This document shows positions 1 through 8,853 of a DNA stretch of 32,490 bases, piece by piece. Made by a program: the position numbers and the translations under genes. The stretch lies in the sequence record DRR723986_6699; one strand, written 5' to 3'. The notes below the pieces were generated by a model that saw only the letters and a program-made list of their open reading frames with translations, made no database searches and was not told where the DNA came from. Within the stretch, counting starts at the first letter, position 1, and each line of letters begins with the position of its first letter.

Positions 1-12
1 CGCTATACGTCC
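1..12 (-). tRNA. Possible 5' end of a tRNA gene cut by the window edge (isotype unknown)
   Basis: Reverse complement of 1-12 is GGACGTA-TAGCG: a 7-nt acceptor strand followed by U8-A9-G10-C11, the usual tRNA start. A minus-strand TATAGT -10-like box lies upstream at 137-132. Only 12 nt are visible. Confidence 0.35.
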
Positions 13-331
13 GTGCGACTCGCACTAGCCAGGTGTCCTGAGCCGGTCGCTTGAGTGTCTCTTGCTTGACGGGCAGGCGTTTTATCGCCAAACGCAATTC
101 TCCGCCAAACGCCACAAACGTTTCTTTCAAAACTATAGGCTTTCTGATTCTGCTAGCTCACGCGGCCCTTCGTTTCTGAATAGGCACGAACTGGATCGCA
201 GTTGGACGTACGTTCTTACAGTACATTCGGCGGCTGGCTGATCAGGGCACTACTCCCGCATCGCGGCGGCAAGCGAAAACGGCAATTGCCGCTGAGGCTT
301 CACCTCCAATCGGTGGTCAATCGAGCCGTTG

Positions 332-340
332 TGCTACAAT
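332..340 (+). promoter_or_regulatory. Putative extended -10 promoter element for the NPCBM/HtrA operon
   Basis: TGcTACAAT matches TGnTATAAT with one mismatch and ends ~36 nt upstream of the ATG at 377. Confidence 0.35.
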
Positions 341-376
341 GAGCACAGGGTTTTCTTGCTTTGACGCACACAACGG

Positions 377-1705
377 ATGACTGATTCAGTGAAGAACGGA
401 CTGCACTTAGCCCACGATGAGATCCTTCAAAGCCAGACGTCCGCGACGCTTCCAGGGCTTGCGCGCACGCAAGGCAGGGCGACGCGGTTCCTAACGACTG
501 CGAGCCGGACCACACTCTGCTTTGCGCTTTGTGTTTTTCCACTGAGCGGTGCATTGGCTCAACAGGCCGCTCTAAAACTCGACGCAGGCCAGCGAGCGGC
601 CGTCGTTACCCGCCTGACAGAAAACGAGGTCAGCTTCACGGGTGACGCCGGCGATGAGACCGTATCGACAAGCAAGCTGACCACAATCGCGTTTGAGGGC
701 AGCTCGATTTCAGGGCAGCCGACTGCGACAGTGACACTCCACGACGGTTCTTCAATCAAGGCATCGAGCCTGAGAACGACGGGATTGCAATTGGCAGTGA
801 AGGTTGGCGAAACCGTAGTCGCGATTCCAATTCGTTTGGTTCGAGCAGTCAACCTTGGGAGCCTAACCAACGTTGAAAAGGAAGACTGGCAAAAAATCCT
901 GGACTCGGAAATCGCTGCTGATGTGCTGGCAATTCGCCGTCCGTCTGGGCGTCTTGAAAAAATTGAAGGCATCATCCGAGAAGTAAAAGATGACACGCTC
1001 AAGTTTGATTTTTCAGGCAATCAGATCGACGTCCCGCTGAACAAACTTGCTGGCTACCGGACGTTCAGCGCAGATACTGAACAAGAGCAAGCCGCCTCCG
1101 TTCTGCTCAGCGATCGATTTGGCGGAACATGGAACTGCACCAAAGTCACCAAAGCGGCAGACAGCGACCAACTCTCGGTCACCTTGACTGACTCGACGGT
1201 CGTCGAGCTCCCCATCGACATTGTATCTGTCATCGATTTCTCGCTTGGCCGGAGTATCAGCCTGACGGCGAACGACTCCAGTCGAGTCGCCGTCCGCATG
1301 ACGCGTCAAGCATCTCAGCTTAACTGGCTTGAAGGACCGATCAGCGCCAGCGACTTCCTAAGCCCACACAGGACGTTGTTTCGGAAACCAGACTCAACGA
1401 CCGTGAAAGAAGCAATTGAATTCCCACAAGGCGGCGTCGTTAGCTGCCGAGTTCCTGCTGGGTATTCGACGCTAGCCGGCACGGCCTTACTGAAGCGTTC
1501 CGGTGCAGTAATTTCACCTGTAAACGTCCAAGTGCTACTCGATAAGAAGACGGTTCTCGAGTTTGATATGGACGAGACGAAATTCTCGAGAGGGATAGAC
1601 GTCGACATTGTCGCCGATCAACTCCTCGAAATCGTGGTTACACCTCAAGGATCGATGCCGGTTGGCTCAGCAATCCTACTGATCGAACCGCGACTTCAGA
1701 AGTAG
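377..1705 (+). CDS. Secreted hypothetical protein with C-terminal NPCBM/NEW2-like beta-sandwich
   Basis: 442-aa ORF. Signal-like segment TLCFALCVFPLSGALA; repeated beta-rich N-terminal modules (VTLHDGSSI, LTDSTVVELP); C-terminus RVPAGYSTLAG..VNVQVLLD..IDVDI..LLEIVV..EPRLQK resembles NPCBM. The true start may be downstream of 377. Confidence 0.6.
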   Translation: MTDSVKNGLHLAHDEILQSQTSATLPGLARTQGRATRFLTTASRTTLCFALCVFPLSGALAQQAALKLDAGQRAAVVTRLTENEVSFTGDAGDETVSTSKLTTIAFEGSSISGQPTATVTLHDGSSIKASSLRTTGLQLAVKVGETVVAIPIRLVRAVNLGSLTNVEKEDWQKILDSEIAADVLAIRRPSGRLEKIEGIIREVKDDTLKFDFSGNQIDVPLNKLAGYRTFSADTEQEQAASVLLSDRFGGTWNCTKVTKAADSDQLSVTLTDSTVVELPIDIVSVIDFSLGRSISLTANDSSRVAVRMTRQASQLNWLEGPISASDFLSPHRTLFRKPDSTTVKEAIEFPQGGVVSCRVPAGYSTLAGTALLKRSGAVISPVNVQVLLDKKTVLEFDMDETKFSRGIDVDIVADQLLEIVVTPQGSMPVGSAILLIEPRLQK

Positions 1706-1743
1706 CAAGTCTGCGCCCTGAACCACAGCTTGATTCAGATACC

Positions 1744-3567
1744 ATGGTAAAACCGACTACAAGAATTCGATTTCGCCCACACCTTCAGTTAGCAGTATGC
1801 GCTGTATTTGTTGGCATTCTGCCAGGCGTTGCGAGGGCTGCCGAACCAGCCGACAGCGTGCAAGCAGCTCAGAAGCAACGCATTGACGAGATGAAAAAGG
1901 CGGCCTCGGCGACGGTTGCTGTTTTCGGCCCTGATGGCGGAGGCGGTGGCAGTGGCGTCCTCATCTCGCCCGACGGGTACGCCTTGACCAACTACCACGT
2001 CTCCAGTGCTTGCGGCGACTACATGCGATGCGGCCTGGATGACGGCAAGGTCTACGACGCAGTGATTGTCGGCATCGACGCAACCGGAGATGTTGCCCTA
2101 ATCAAGCTCACCGGTCGCGACGACTTTCCAACCGCACCGCTTGCGGATAGTAGTAAAGTCCGCGTCGGGCAATGGTGCTTCGCGGCGGGCAATCCATTCG
2201 TCCTCGCCACAAACCTGCAACCTTCGATCAGTCTGGGAATCGTCAGTGGCACGGGCCGTTACCAGTACCCCGCTGGAACACTCTTGGAATACGCCGACTG
2301 CATTCAGACCGACGCAGCGATCAATCCCGGCAACTCTGGTGGGCCGCTTTTCAATCTCGCTGGCGAAGTCATTGGCATCAATGGCCGATGTTCTTTCGAA
2401 AAGCGTGGCCGAGTCAACGTGGGAGTCGGTTATGCAATCAGTGCAAATCAACTTAAGAAATTCGTTGGACTACTGAAAAGTGGTCGTCTGGTTGACCATG
2501 CAACCATAGGCGCGACGGTCACGACAACATCGGCTGGCAGAGTCGTTGTCAGCAACATTCTCTCGGGCTCCGACGCCTATCGTCGCGGCCTTAGATACGG
2601 GGATGAAGTCGTTTCGTTGTCCGACCGACCTGTCGACACAACAAATGTCTTCAAGAATATTCTCGGTACTCTGCCCAAGGATTGGCGAGTGCCTCTGACT
2701 TTTCGTCGTGATGGTGTCGAACAGAAAATTCTCGTGCGTTTAGATGGCGTCCACACCAGCACAGAACTGGAGACCCTCGTCAGTGCTGGCCTGGGTGAGG
2801 CTCCCGAGAAACCGGCCGAGCCCGAGCAGTCTGAAGACTCGGAGAAGAGCGACACGTCCGCCCCAGAGAATGAATCCCACCCTCTCGATGCTGTCTTCGA
2901 GCAGCGCACGGGCTTTGCAAACTTCTATTACAACCGCAAGAACACCGATTCACTGTGGGAGCGATCAAGGGCTTTTTATGATGAACGCCTCAAGGGAACA
3001 GCCTGGACCCTGCGTGGAAAACTCGGTGGTGAATCTACGCCCTTCATGCTCTCGATTGACAACGAAACGTCGCGTCTGAGCATTGGAAAGCGAACCATCA
3101 ACCAAGACCTAACTGCTTCAGTCTCGGACACGGTCCACGCTCGCGGAGAGGGTGGCTTGGCCGTCGCTATTGACGCGCTGCGAGCCTACATCACACAAGG
3201 CCCTGAATTGATCGGCGATACGATCTATCTAGGTGAATTGCCTTTCTACGGTCGAATAGCAGCGTCGCTGGCCGAGCAACCACAATTGCCAACTTTAGAA
3301 GTTCTTTGGCGGGACGCGAAAGTGCGGCTGGCAAAAGACCGGTCAACCGGGGAAGTCCATCTCGTTGAACTCATTGGCGATTCGATCGATGATCCAGTCG
3401 AAGTCTACTTGTCCAATGTTCAGGATGTACCGATCTCAGGTAGCGAAAAGAGCGTTCGCTTCCCCACATTGATCAAGCTGCAGTATGGCACCGAGCCTCG
3501 AACGGTCCTGGTTGTCGAATCAATTGAACTCTCAAGCGGTGAAGGCCAAAAGGAGGTCAATCAATGA
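1744..3567 (+). CDS. HtrA/DegP-family (S1C) serine protease with PDZ domain and extra C-terminal domain; catalytic triad intact
   Basis: Signal peptide; GGGSGVLI; ALTNYHV (His); DVALIK (Asp); IQTDAAINPGNSGGP (Ser); PDZ (AYRRGLRYGDEV). Confidence 0.92.
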   Translation: MVKPTTRIRFRPHLQLAVCAVFVGILPGVARAAEPADSVQAAQKQRIDEMKKAASATVAVFGPDGGGGGSGVLISPDGYALTNYHVSSACGDYMRCGLDDGKVYDAVIVGIDATGDVALIKLTGRDDFPTAPLADSSKVRVGQWCFAAGNPFVLATNLQPSISLGIVSGTGRYQYPAGTLLEYADCIQTDAAINPGNSGGPLFNLAGEVIGINGRCSFEKRGRVNVGVGYAISANQLKKFVGLLKSGRLVDHATIGATVTTTSAGRVVVSNILSGSDAYRRGLRYGDEVVSLSDRPVDTTNVFKNILGTLPKDWRVPLTFRRDGVEQKILVRLDGVHTSTELETLVSAGLGEAPEKPAEPEQSEDSEKSDTSAPENESHPLDAVFEQRTGFANFYYNRKNTDSLWERSRAFYDERLKGTAWTLRGKLGGESTPFMLSIDNETSRLSIGKRTINQDLTASVSDTVHARGEGGLAVAIDALRAYITQGPELIGDTIYLGELPFYGRIAASLAEQPQLPTLEVLWRDAKVRLAKDRSTGEVHLVELIGDSIDDPVEVYLSNVQDVPISGSEKSVRFPTLIKLQYGTEPRTVLVVESIELSSGEGQKEVNQ

Positions 3568-4640
3568 TTGGGACCACTTTCACTCGAGCAACTGCACGCG
3601 GGCCGTCGCCACGACATGGGCGTTGCAACTTCCAGCCTCTGATTGCAACCCTTTGCTTCATACTCAGCTTAAGCGGCGTGGCTGCGGTCGCAAAGGATCC
3701 CGACCTGACGTCGCTGGACCAAATTGCGGCCACTTCGGAGCAAAAGGTTGTCAAGCTTTATGGCGCTGGTGGCTTCGCCGGCTTGGACGCGTATCAAAGT
3801 GGCTGCTTCGTTTCCAGCGAAGGGCATATCCTGACCGCGTGGAGTACAGTTCTGGACGTCGACACCGTACTGGTTGTGACCAGTGCAGGTGAACGACACG
3901 AAGCCAAGCTAGTCGGAATCGACCCGAATTTAGAAATTGCCATTCTCAAAGTCGATGCGCCGGAGACGGCCCACTTTGATTTAGAAAATCCCGGCCAGTC
4001 GGCTGTTGGTAGTCGCATCTTGGCACTCAGCAATCTCTTCGGAATCGCCGCTGGCAATGAGATGTCCAGCATCCAACGCGGCATCATCATGGCACGCACC
4101 GAATTGAACGCTACCCGCGGAAATTTCGAAGCGGTATACCAAGGGCCCGTTCTCGTCCTGGATGCAACCACCAACAATCCTGGTGCAGCCGGTGGTGCGC
4201 TGATTGACCTCCAGGGACACATCGTTGGGATGCTCGGCAAGGAACTTCGTGACGAGAGTACCGGCATCTGGCTGAGCTACGCACTCCCAGTCACCGAGCT
4301 ACGTGAATCGATCCAAAAGATCATTGCAGGGGAATCCATTCGGGTTGCCAATTCATCACGGCGAATGAGTGACCGCCCAACGTCACTTGCCAAACTCGGC
4401 ATTACGCTTGTGCCAGACGTTCTTGAAAAGACCCCATGTTACGTGGACACGATACAACCAGATTCGTCGGCATCCCGCGCTGACCTCCGCAGTGACGACT
4501 TGATTCTGTTCTTGAATTCAAAACGCATAGATTCACAGGCTAGTCTGCGTGAAGAACTCAATTACATCGACCAAAGTGAAAGCGTTACCTTCCTGCTGCA
4601 ACGCGGTAGCGAAATCCGCGAACTTACACTTTCCCCTTAA
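3564..4640 (+). CDS. HtrA/S1C-like trypsin fold plus PDZ protein, catalytically degenerate
   Basis: ATGA overlap with the upstream stop. ILTAWSTV (no His), EIAILK, LDATTNNPGAAGGA (Ser->Ala); C-terminal PDZ (SASRADLRSDDLI). Confidence 0.85.
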   Translation: MIGTTFTRATARGPSPRHGRCNFQPLIATLCFILSLSGVAAVAKDPDLTSLDQIAATSEQKVVKLYGAGGFAGLDAYQSGCFVSSEGHILTAWSTVLDVDTVLVVTSAGERHEAKLVGIDPNLEIAILKVDAPETAHFDLENPGQSAVGSRILALSNLFGIAAGNEMSSIQRGIIMARTELNATRGNFEAVYQGPVLVLDATTNNPGAAGGALIDLQGHIVGMLGKELRDESTGIWLSYALPVTELRESIQKIIAGESIRVANSSRRMSDRPTSLAKLGITLVPDVLEKTPCYVDTIQPDSSASRADLRSDDLILFLNSKRIDSQASLREELNYIDQSESVTFLLQRGSEIRELTLSP

Positions 4641-4704
4641 GAATGCGGCCTCACTCCAGTCACTCCGAACAGATTCTTCAGTGCGGCGATCCTTGATTAC
4701 ACCA

Positions 4705-6681
4705 ATGCGATTTTCACCAATGCACTTCCATTTCCGCAAGCACGTGCTGCAAACGGCCATGATCGTTTGCATTGCCGTTCAACAGGGATTCTCACAAGAT
4801 CTACTGAACGCCGAATCGCAAGCGTTCCAGCAGGCAGCGGAGGCGGTACAGGATAGCGTTCTGCAAATCGAGACATTCTTCACTTCGGCCGAAGACGGGA
4901 ATATCGCGTCTGCGGGACCAACGTCCGCGACGATCGTTGCCAAGGGCGGCTTGGTGGTCGCCAGCCTCTTGCCGTTCAAAGATGAGCCCTCTTCCATCCT
5001 CGCCAGGCTGCCCGATGGCTCGCGACGCCCCGCAAAGATCCTGGCCAGGGACTTCAGCCGAGAACTCGTCCTGCTGCAAGTTGAAGGGTTTGAAGGAAAA
5101 GTTCCACAGTTCGCATCAGCGAAAGACCTTGCCGTGGGCCAGTGGGCAATTGCTCTTGGCAAGACCTACGATCCAGTGGCCGCCTCACGCAGCGTTGGCA
5201 TTATCTCCGCGTTAGGACGCGCGTATGGTAAGGCGGTGCAAACCGATGCAAAGATCTCACCGATCAACTACGGAGGCCCCTTGGTTGATATCAACTCCAA
5301 AGTCGTCGGCATTCTGACGCCGCTCGCCGCCAGCTCGTTTCTCGGTGGTGACAGCTCTGAACTGTACGATTCCGGCATAGGTTTCGCCGTTCCGATGGAT
5401 CAAATCGTTCCACGACTGGAACGCTTGGCTCAGGGTGAGGACATTCACAAGGGATTGCTGGGCGTCGTTGTAAAGGACAGCAACGAACTTGTCGGCCCTG
5501 TTGAACTCACCGGTGCCGCTCCCGGCTCACCCGCATCACGGGCCGGTTTGAAAGTCGGTGACATCGTCCTAGAAGCCAACGGAAGTCCCGTCAATCGCTT
5601 TGGCGAACTAAAACATGCACTTGCGACACTGGACGCCGAAGACAAAGTAAAAGTGGTAGTCGATCGTGATGGTAAACGCGTCGAAGTAGACTGTACGCTC
5701 GCCAAAACAATCCCACTTTACCGCAAGCGATTCTTAGGAATGGAGTTGCTCAGCGCGTCCGACAACGACTCCACAGGCCCAACACTGCTGGTGACGGATG
5801 TCATCGAAGGTTCACCTGCCGCGAAGATTGGCCTCGAGGTAGGCTGCCGGCTTGTAAGTGCATTCGGAGAAGAATCACCGTCAATCGATTTTATCAGGGA
5901 ACGCCTCAGCGTTGCTGAACTAGATGCCGACATTGAACTCGTTTGGAGTACGCCGGAGGGTGAATCGCAGTCGGCCACCGTTAAACCGATCCAGTGGCAA
6001 TCAGTTGAACGCGTCACCGCGGGCATCTTCACCAGCAACGAAGCTCAGCCGGAATTGGTTGAACTAAAACTGAACGACAAACCCAACGAGTGTTACGCGA
6101 TCGTCCCGCCGCTAGCGAGCACGCAACTAGCTGGCAGTAAGATGAACGCCGTCGACTATCGACCGGGCGTCCTGATAGTCTTGCCCAAGCCTGGCGAAGC
6201 GAGCAAAGACTCGGCACTTGAGGTCTGGGGCGATTTTTGCTTGGCCCATGGCTGGATCGTGGCGGTTGTGAACGCCAGCGATGCGAAGCGATGGTCGCGT
6301 GAGGAACTGGAAATTCCGGGGCGTATCTTGCAACGACTGCAGGAGAAGTACGGCATTGACTCTTCGCGGAAGGCCATTGCAGGGATTGGTGCTGGCGGAC
6401 AACTCGCCTTTCTAGCCAGCCCCGAAATCAAGGGACTCTCGGGTGTAGCTATGTTCTCTTCACCACTGCCACCCTTTGGATTGAACAAACGTAACGCTCC
6501 AGGAGAAACGATTAGCTTCTTTTTCGCTGGCGAGCAGAAGCAAATCGAAGGTCCGGCGCAAATGCTAGAAAAGGCTGGCTTTCCATCCAAGGCGGTTGCT
6601 GTAGAACAAGCCATCCAGACCTGGAATGATATTCCAAAAACAGAATTTCAAGCATGGCTTACTGGCCTGGGCTTGCTCTAG
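4705..6681 (+). CDS. HtrA-like trypsin fold, 2 PDZ and C-terminal alpha/beta-hydrolase-like domain, catalytically degenerate
   Basis: Start probably ATG 4705 or 4720, giving a signal peptide ending ..AVQQGFSQ. VQTDAKISPINYGGP (Ser->Tyr); two PDZ (GSPASRAGLKVGD, GSPAAKIGLEVG); C-terminal YGIDSSRKAIAGIGAGG typical of esterase/PHB-depolymerase-like folds. Confidence 0.85.
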   Translation: MRFSPMHFHFRKHVLQTAMIVCIAVQQGFSQDLLNAESQAFQQAAEAVQDSVLQIETFFTSAEDGNIASAGPTSATIVAKGGLVVASLLPFKDEPSSILARLPDGSRRPAKILARDFSRELVLLQVEGFEGKVPQFASAKDLAVGQWAIALGKTYDPVAASRSVGIISALGRAYGKAVQTDAKISPINYGGPLVDINSKVVGILTPLAASSFLGGDSSELYDSGIGFAVPMDQIVPRLERLAQGEDIHKGLLGVVVKDSNELVGPVELTGAAPGSPASRAGLKVGDIVLEANGSPVNRFGELKHALATLDAEDKVKVVVDRDGKRVEVDCTLAKTIPLYRKRFLGMELLSASDNDSTGPTLLVTDVIEGSPAAKIGLEVGCRLVSAFGEESPSIDFIRERLSVAELDADIELVWSTPEGESQSATVKPIQWQSVERVTAGIFTSNEAQPELVELKLNDKPNECYAIVPPLASTQLAGSKMNAVDYRPGVLIVLPKPGEASKDSALEVWGDFCLAHGWIVAVVNASDAKRWSREELEIPGRILQRLQEKYGIDSSRKAIAGIGAGGQLAFLASPEIKGLSGVAMFSSPLPPFGLNKRNAPGETISFFFAGEQKQIEGPAQMLEKAGFPSKAVAVEQAIQTWNDIPKTEFQAWLTGLGLL

Positions 6682-6686
6682 CTGCA

Positions 6687-7085
6687 ATGAAACCCAGGGA
6701 CGAGAACAAGTTGGCAAAGAAGAAACAAACCGAATCCACCGAGCTGAAGTGGCAGCGCGTCTTGCTAGCCACAATGGCGGTCATATTGTTGGTTGCGGGA
6801 ACGGCTTGCACATACTCCCCGTATTTCAATGACACCAGCGGAAAATTCATTGGTGGAACTCTCTTCAAAGTGGGCATCGTCCTCGGAATCGCGTGGTTGG
6901 CCGCCCCGCAACTTGCCATGTTGGGTTGGCACCGCGTCCGCGGAACGCTCATGATTGCCGTTTGCGTTGTCATCTTGCTGATGGCAATCCGGCCGAGAAT
7001 TGGCGCGATTGCAGCAAGTCTCCTCATTGGCGGTTCTGCGGTTTTCAGCGCCGTTGGCTGGTTTCGCAGCCTCACCAAACCGTAG
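6687..7085 (+). CDS. Small integral membrane protein (about 4 TM)
   Basis: ATG 5 nt after the upstream stop; four hydrophobic segments; charged N-terminus. Confidence 0.75.
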   Translation: MKPRDENKLAKKKQTESTELKWQRVLLATMAVILLVAGTACTYSPYFNDTSGKFIGGTLFKVGIVLGIAWLAAPQLAMLGWHRVRGTLMIAVCVVILLMAIRPRIGAIAASLLIGGSAVFSAVGWFRSLTKP

Positions 7086-7732
7086 CGCTGGCGGTTTGTA
7101 CTCTTAAAACTTTGATAGCGAGTGCTCAGTTCGTCAGCATTTGCAGGTGAGGCCGATGCAGTTTGCTATCAATATTTTGCTTCAGTCCAAATGCTGAAAT
7201 CGGCTACTGAGGTATCAAGATCGCTCCGCAGAATCGTTACTGTTTACGCAGGTTATCCGCATCCCCCCCAGAGACGGTCTGACACTGACGACCGTGGCAA
7301 AACGTTTTTCTGTTTAGACCTGCAAAATTGGAAAAAACCTTACCAGAGCTATCACCCGTTGCCGAAAACAAACCCCGGAAGAACTTAGTTTCCGACCGTG
7401 CGGTTGTCCTCTGGGCGGCATCACGACGGGAAACTTGTTCAACCTGACTGCGTTCAAGGGGGGCATTCTTGACGCATCGGTTTGAACGAAGCTTCACCGA
7501 AGAGCGTGACCACTGTTGGCTTTGCCAGTGCTGGAAGTGCGTCTGACGGAGAGGCCGAAGGCAAACAAATTGTTTCACGCAATGTCGTGCAGCCCGTGCT
7601 GCCGCCTGTGAAGCTTCTACGATGTGAACCGAAAGCCGACTAACGAACGCTCAAACAAGACTTACTTTCCCAAGTCCGGTGGGACGAGGATAGGAATTGC
7701 TTGTCGCGATACCTGATTCCCGCTCGCTTGGG

Positions 7733-7841
7733 GTCCACCAAATCTCCCGCAACCCTCCTGCCATCTGAAGCCGAATGATTCGGCTCTCGGCCAGGCAGGA
7801 AGCCAGATTGTGGACACTCGACAGTGATTCGTAGGAGGGTT
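7733..7841 (+). promoter_or_regulatory. Structured 5' leader with anti-Shine-Dalgarno segment
   Basis: Nested helices 7733-7745/7805-7815, 7756-7762/7794-7800 and 7769-7775/7779-7785. AACCCTCCT (7751-7759) is the exact complement of the SD region AGGAGGGTT (7833-7841). Confidence 0.5.
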
Positions 7842-7845
7842 TCCA

Positions 7846-8853
7846 ATGCGACGATTTCTGTTTGGCGTGGTAATCGCTTCGGTGACCGCCGCAATGCCTG
7901 CTTGGGCGTTCGGTGGTGATCGTGAAATTGCCCAATCCGTCATGACTGAGCTGAAACAGCAAAAGTCTGCCGGTAATCTCAAGGGATTTGACATCGACCT
8001 GAAGGTAGAAGACGGCGTCGTCTACCTGACCGGCGAAGTAGCCTCGGCTACTCAACGTCAAATCGTGACCAACGCAGCCCTGCAGGCAGTCGGCAAGAGC
8101 GACTTGGTCAACGAGATTCGTGTCAAGGGTGCTGAGCAACGGCAACTTGTTGCTCGCAGTGTCCGACCAGTTGCAACCGCGGTTGCCCCAGCCAGCACAA
8201 CTGAACGCAGCAATCAGCCGACCCAAGCTGATATGGCCGTCACCGACACGGTGATCGGACGGCTGCAACAGTCCAAGGCTCAGGGCATTCTGCGAGGTTT
8301 CGAACTAGATGTTAGCACCGTTGGTGGTGACGTCTGGCTCCGCGGCAAGGTCGCTAACCAAAGCCAGAAGTCGCACATCATCGATGTCGCTCGTCGTACC
8401 CGCGGCGTAGCCCGTGTTATCGACGACATCAGTGTGACGGAAGGTTCCGCGATTCGCCAAGTCTCAACCGGTGCGCTGGAACCAGCGGCCGCTGCTCCAG
8501 CTCCAATTCCGGTATCGAGCATGCCAGTCACAGGCAACTTCGGTGGCCCTCAGCCAATGGCTCCAAGCGGAGTTGCTGGTTACACGGGAACACCAATGCC
8601 AATGAACGGTGGTGGTGTCTCTTACGGCAACGGTGCACCTCGATACGACCAACCAAACATGCCAGGATATGCATGGCCTAGCTATGCGGCTCACCCAAAC
8701 TACGGTGCAGTCACTTATCCGAAGCAATACAGCCCTTCGGCTTGGCCTTACATCGGACCGTTCTACCCTTACCCACAAGTACCACTTGGATGGCGTAAGG
8801 TAGCCCTGGAATGGGACGACGGACTTTGGTACCTCGACTTCACCAGCAAGTAA
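7846..8853 (+). CDS. Secreted BON-domain protein (2 BON) with Pro/Tyr/Trp-rich C-terminal tail
   Basis: Strong SD AGGAGG; signal peptide ending AWA; BON repeats IDLKVEDGVVYLTGEV and LDVSTVGGDVWLRGKV; tail YAWPSYAAHPNY..WPYIGPFYPYPQVPLGWRKVALEWDDG. Confidence 0.9.
   Translation: MRRFLFGVVIASVTAAMPAWAFGGDREIAQSVMTELKQQKSAGNLKGFDIDLKVEDGVVYLTGEVASATQRQIVTNAALQAVGKSDLVNEIRVKGAEQRQLVARSVRPVATAVAPASTTERSNQPTQADMAVTDTVIGRLQQSKAQGILRGFELDVSTVGGDVWLRGKVANQSQKSHIIDVARRTRGVARVIDDISVTEGSAIRQVSTGALEPAAAAPAPIPVSSMPVTGNFGGPQPMAPSGVAGYTGTPMPMNGGGVSYGNGAPRYDQPNMPGYAWPSYAAHPNYGAVTYPKQYSPSAWPYIGPFYPYPQVPLGWRKVALEWDDGLWYLDFTSK

Noticed and set aside
4549-4704. Longer N-terminus of the third HtrA paralog given by the ORF track
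   Set aside because: It overlaps the upstream gene by 92 nt; ATG 4705/4720 gives a normal signal peptide.
3564-6681. Calling the second and third HtrA copies pseudogenes
   Set aside because: ORFs are intact, with signal peptides, PDZ domains and tight operon spacing; only catalytic residues are altered.
7558-7605. GGCAAAC..ACGCAA..GCTGCCG, reminiscent of a c-di-GMP-I (GEMM) riboswitch
   Set aside because: No GNRA-capped P2 stem, no GACGCAAAGC and no tetraloop-receptor helix; the spacing is too short.
7122-7894. ORFs of 84-113 aa in the intergenic region before the BON gene
   Set aside because: No clear RBS, atypical composition, mutually overlapping and no recognisable domains.
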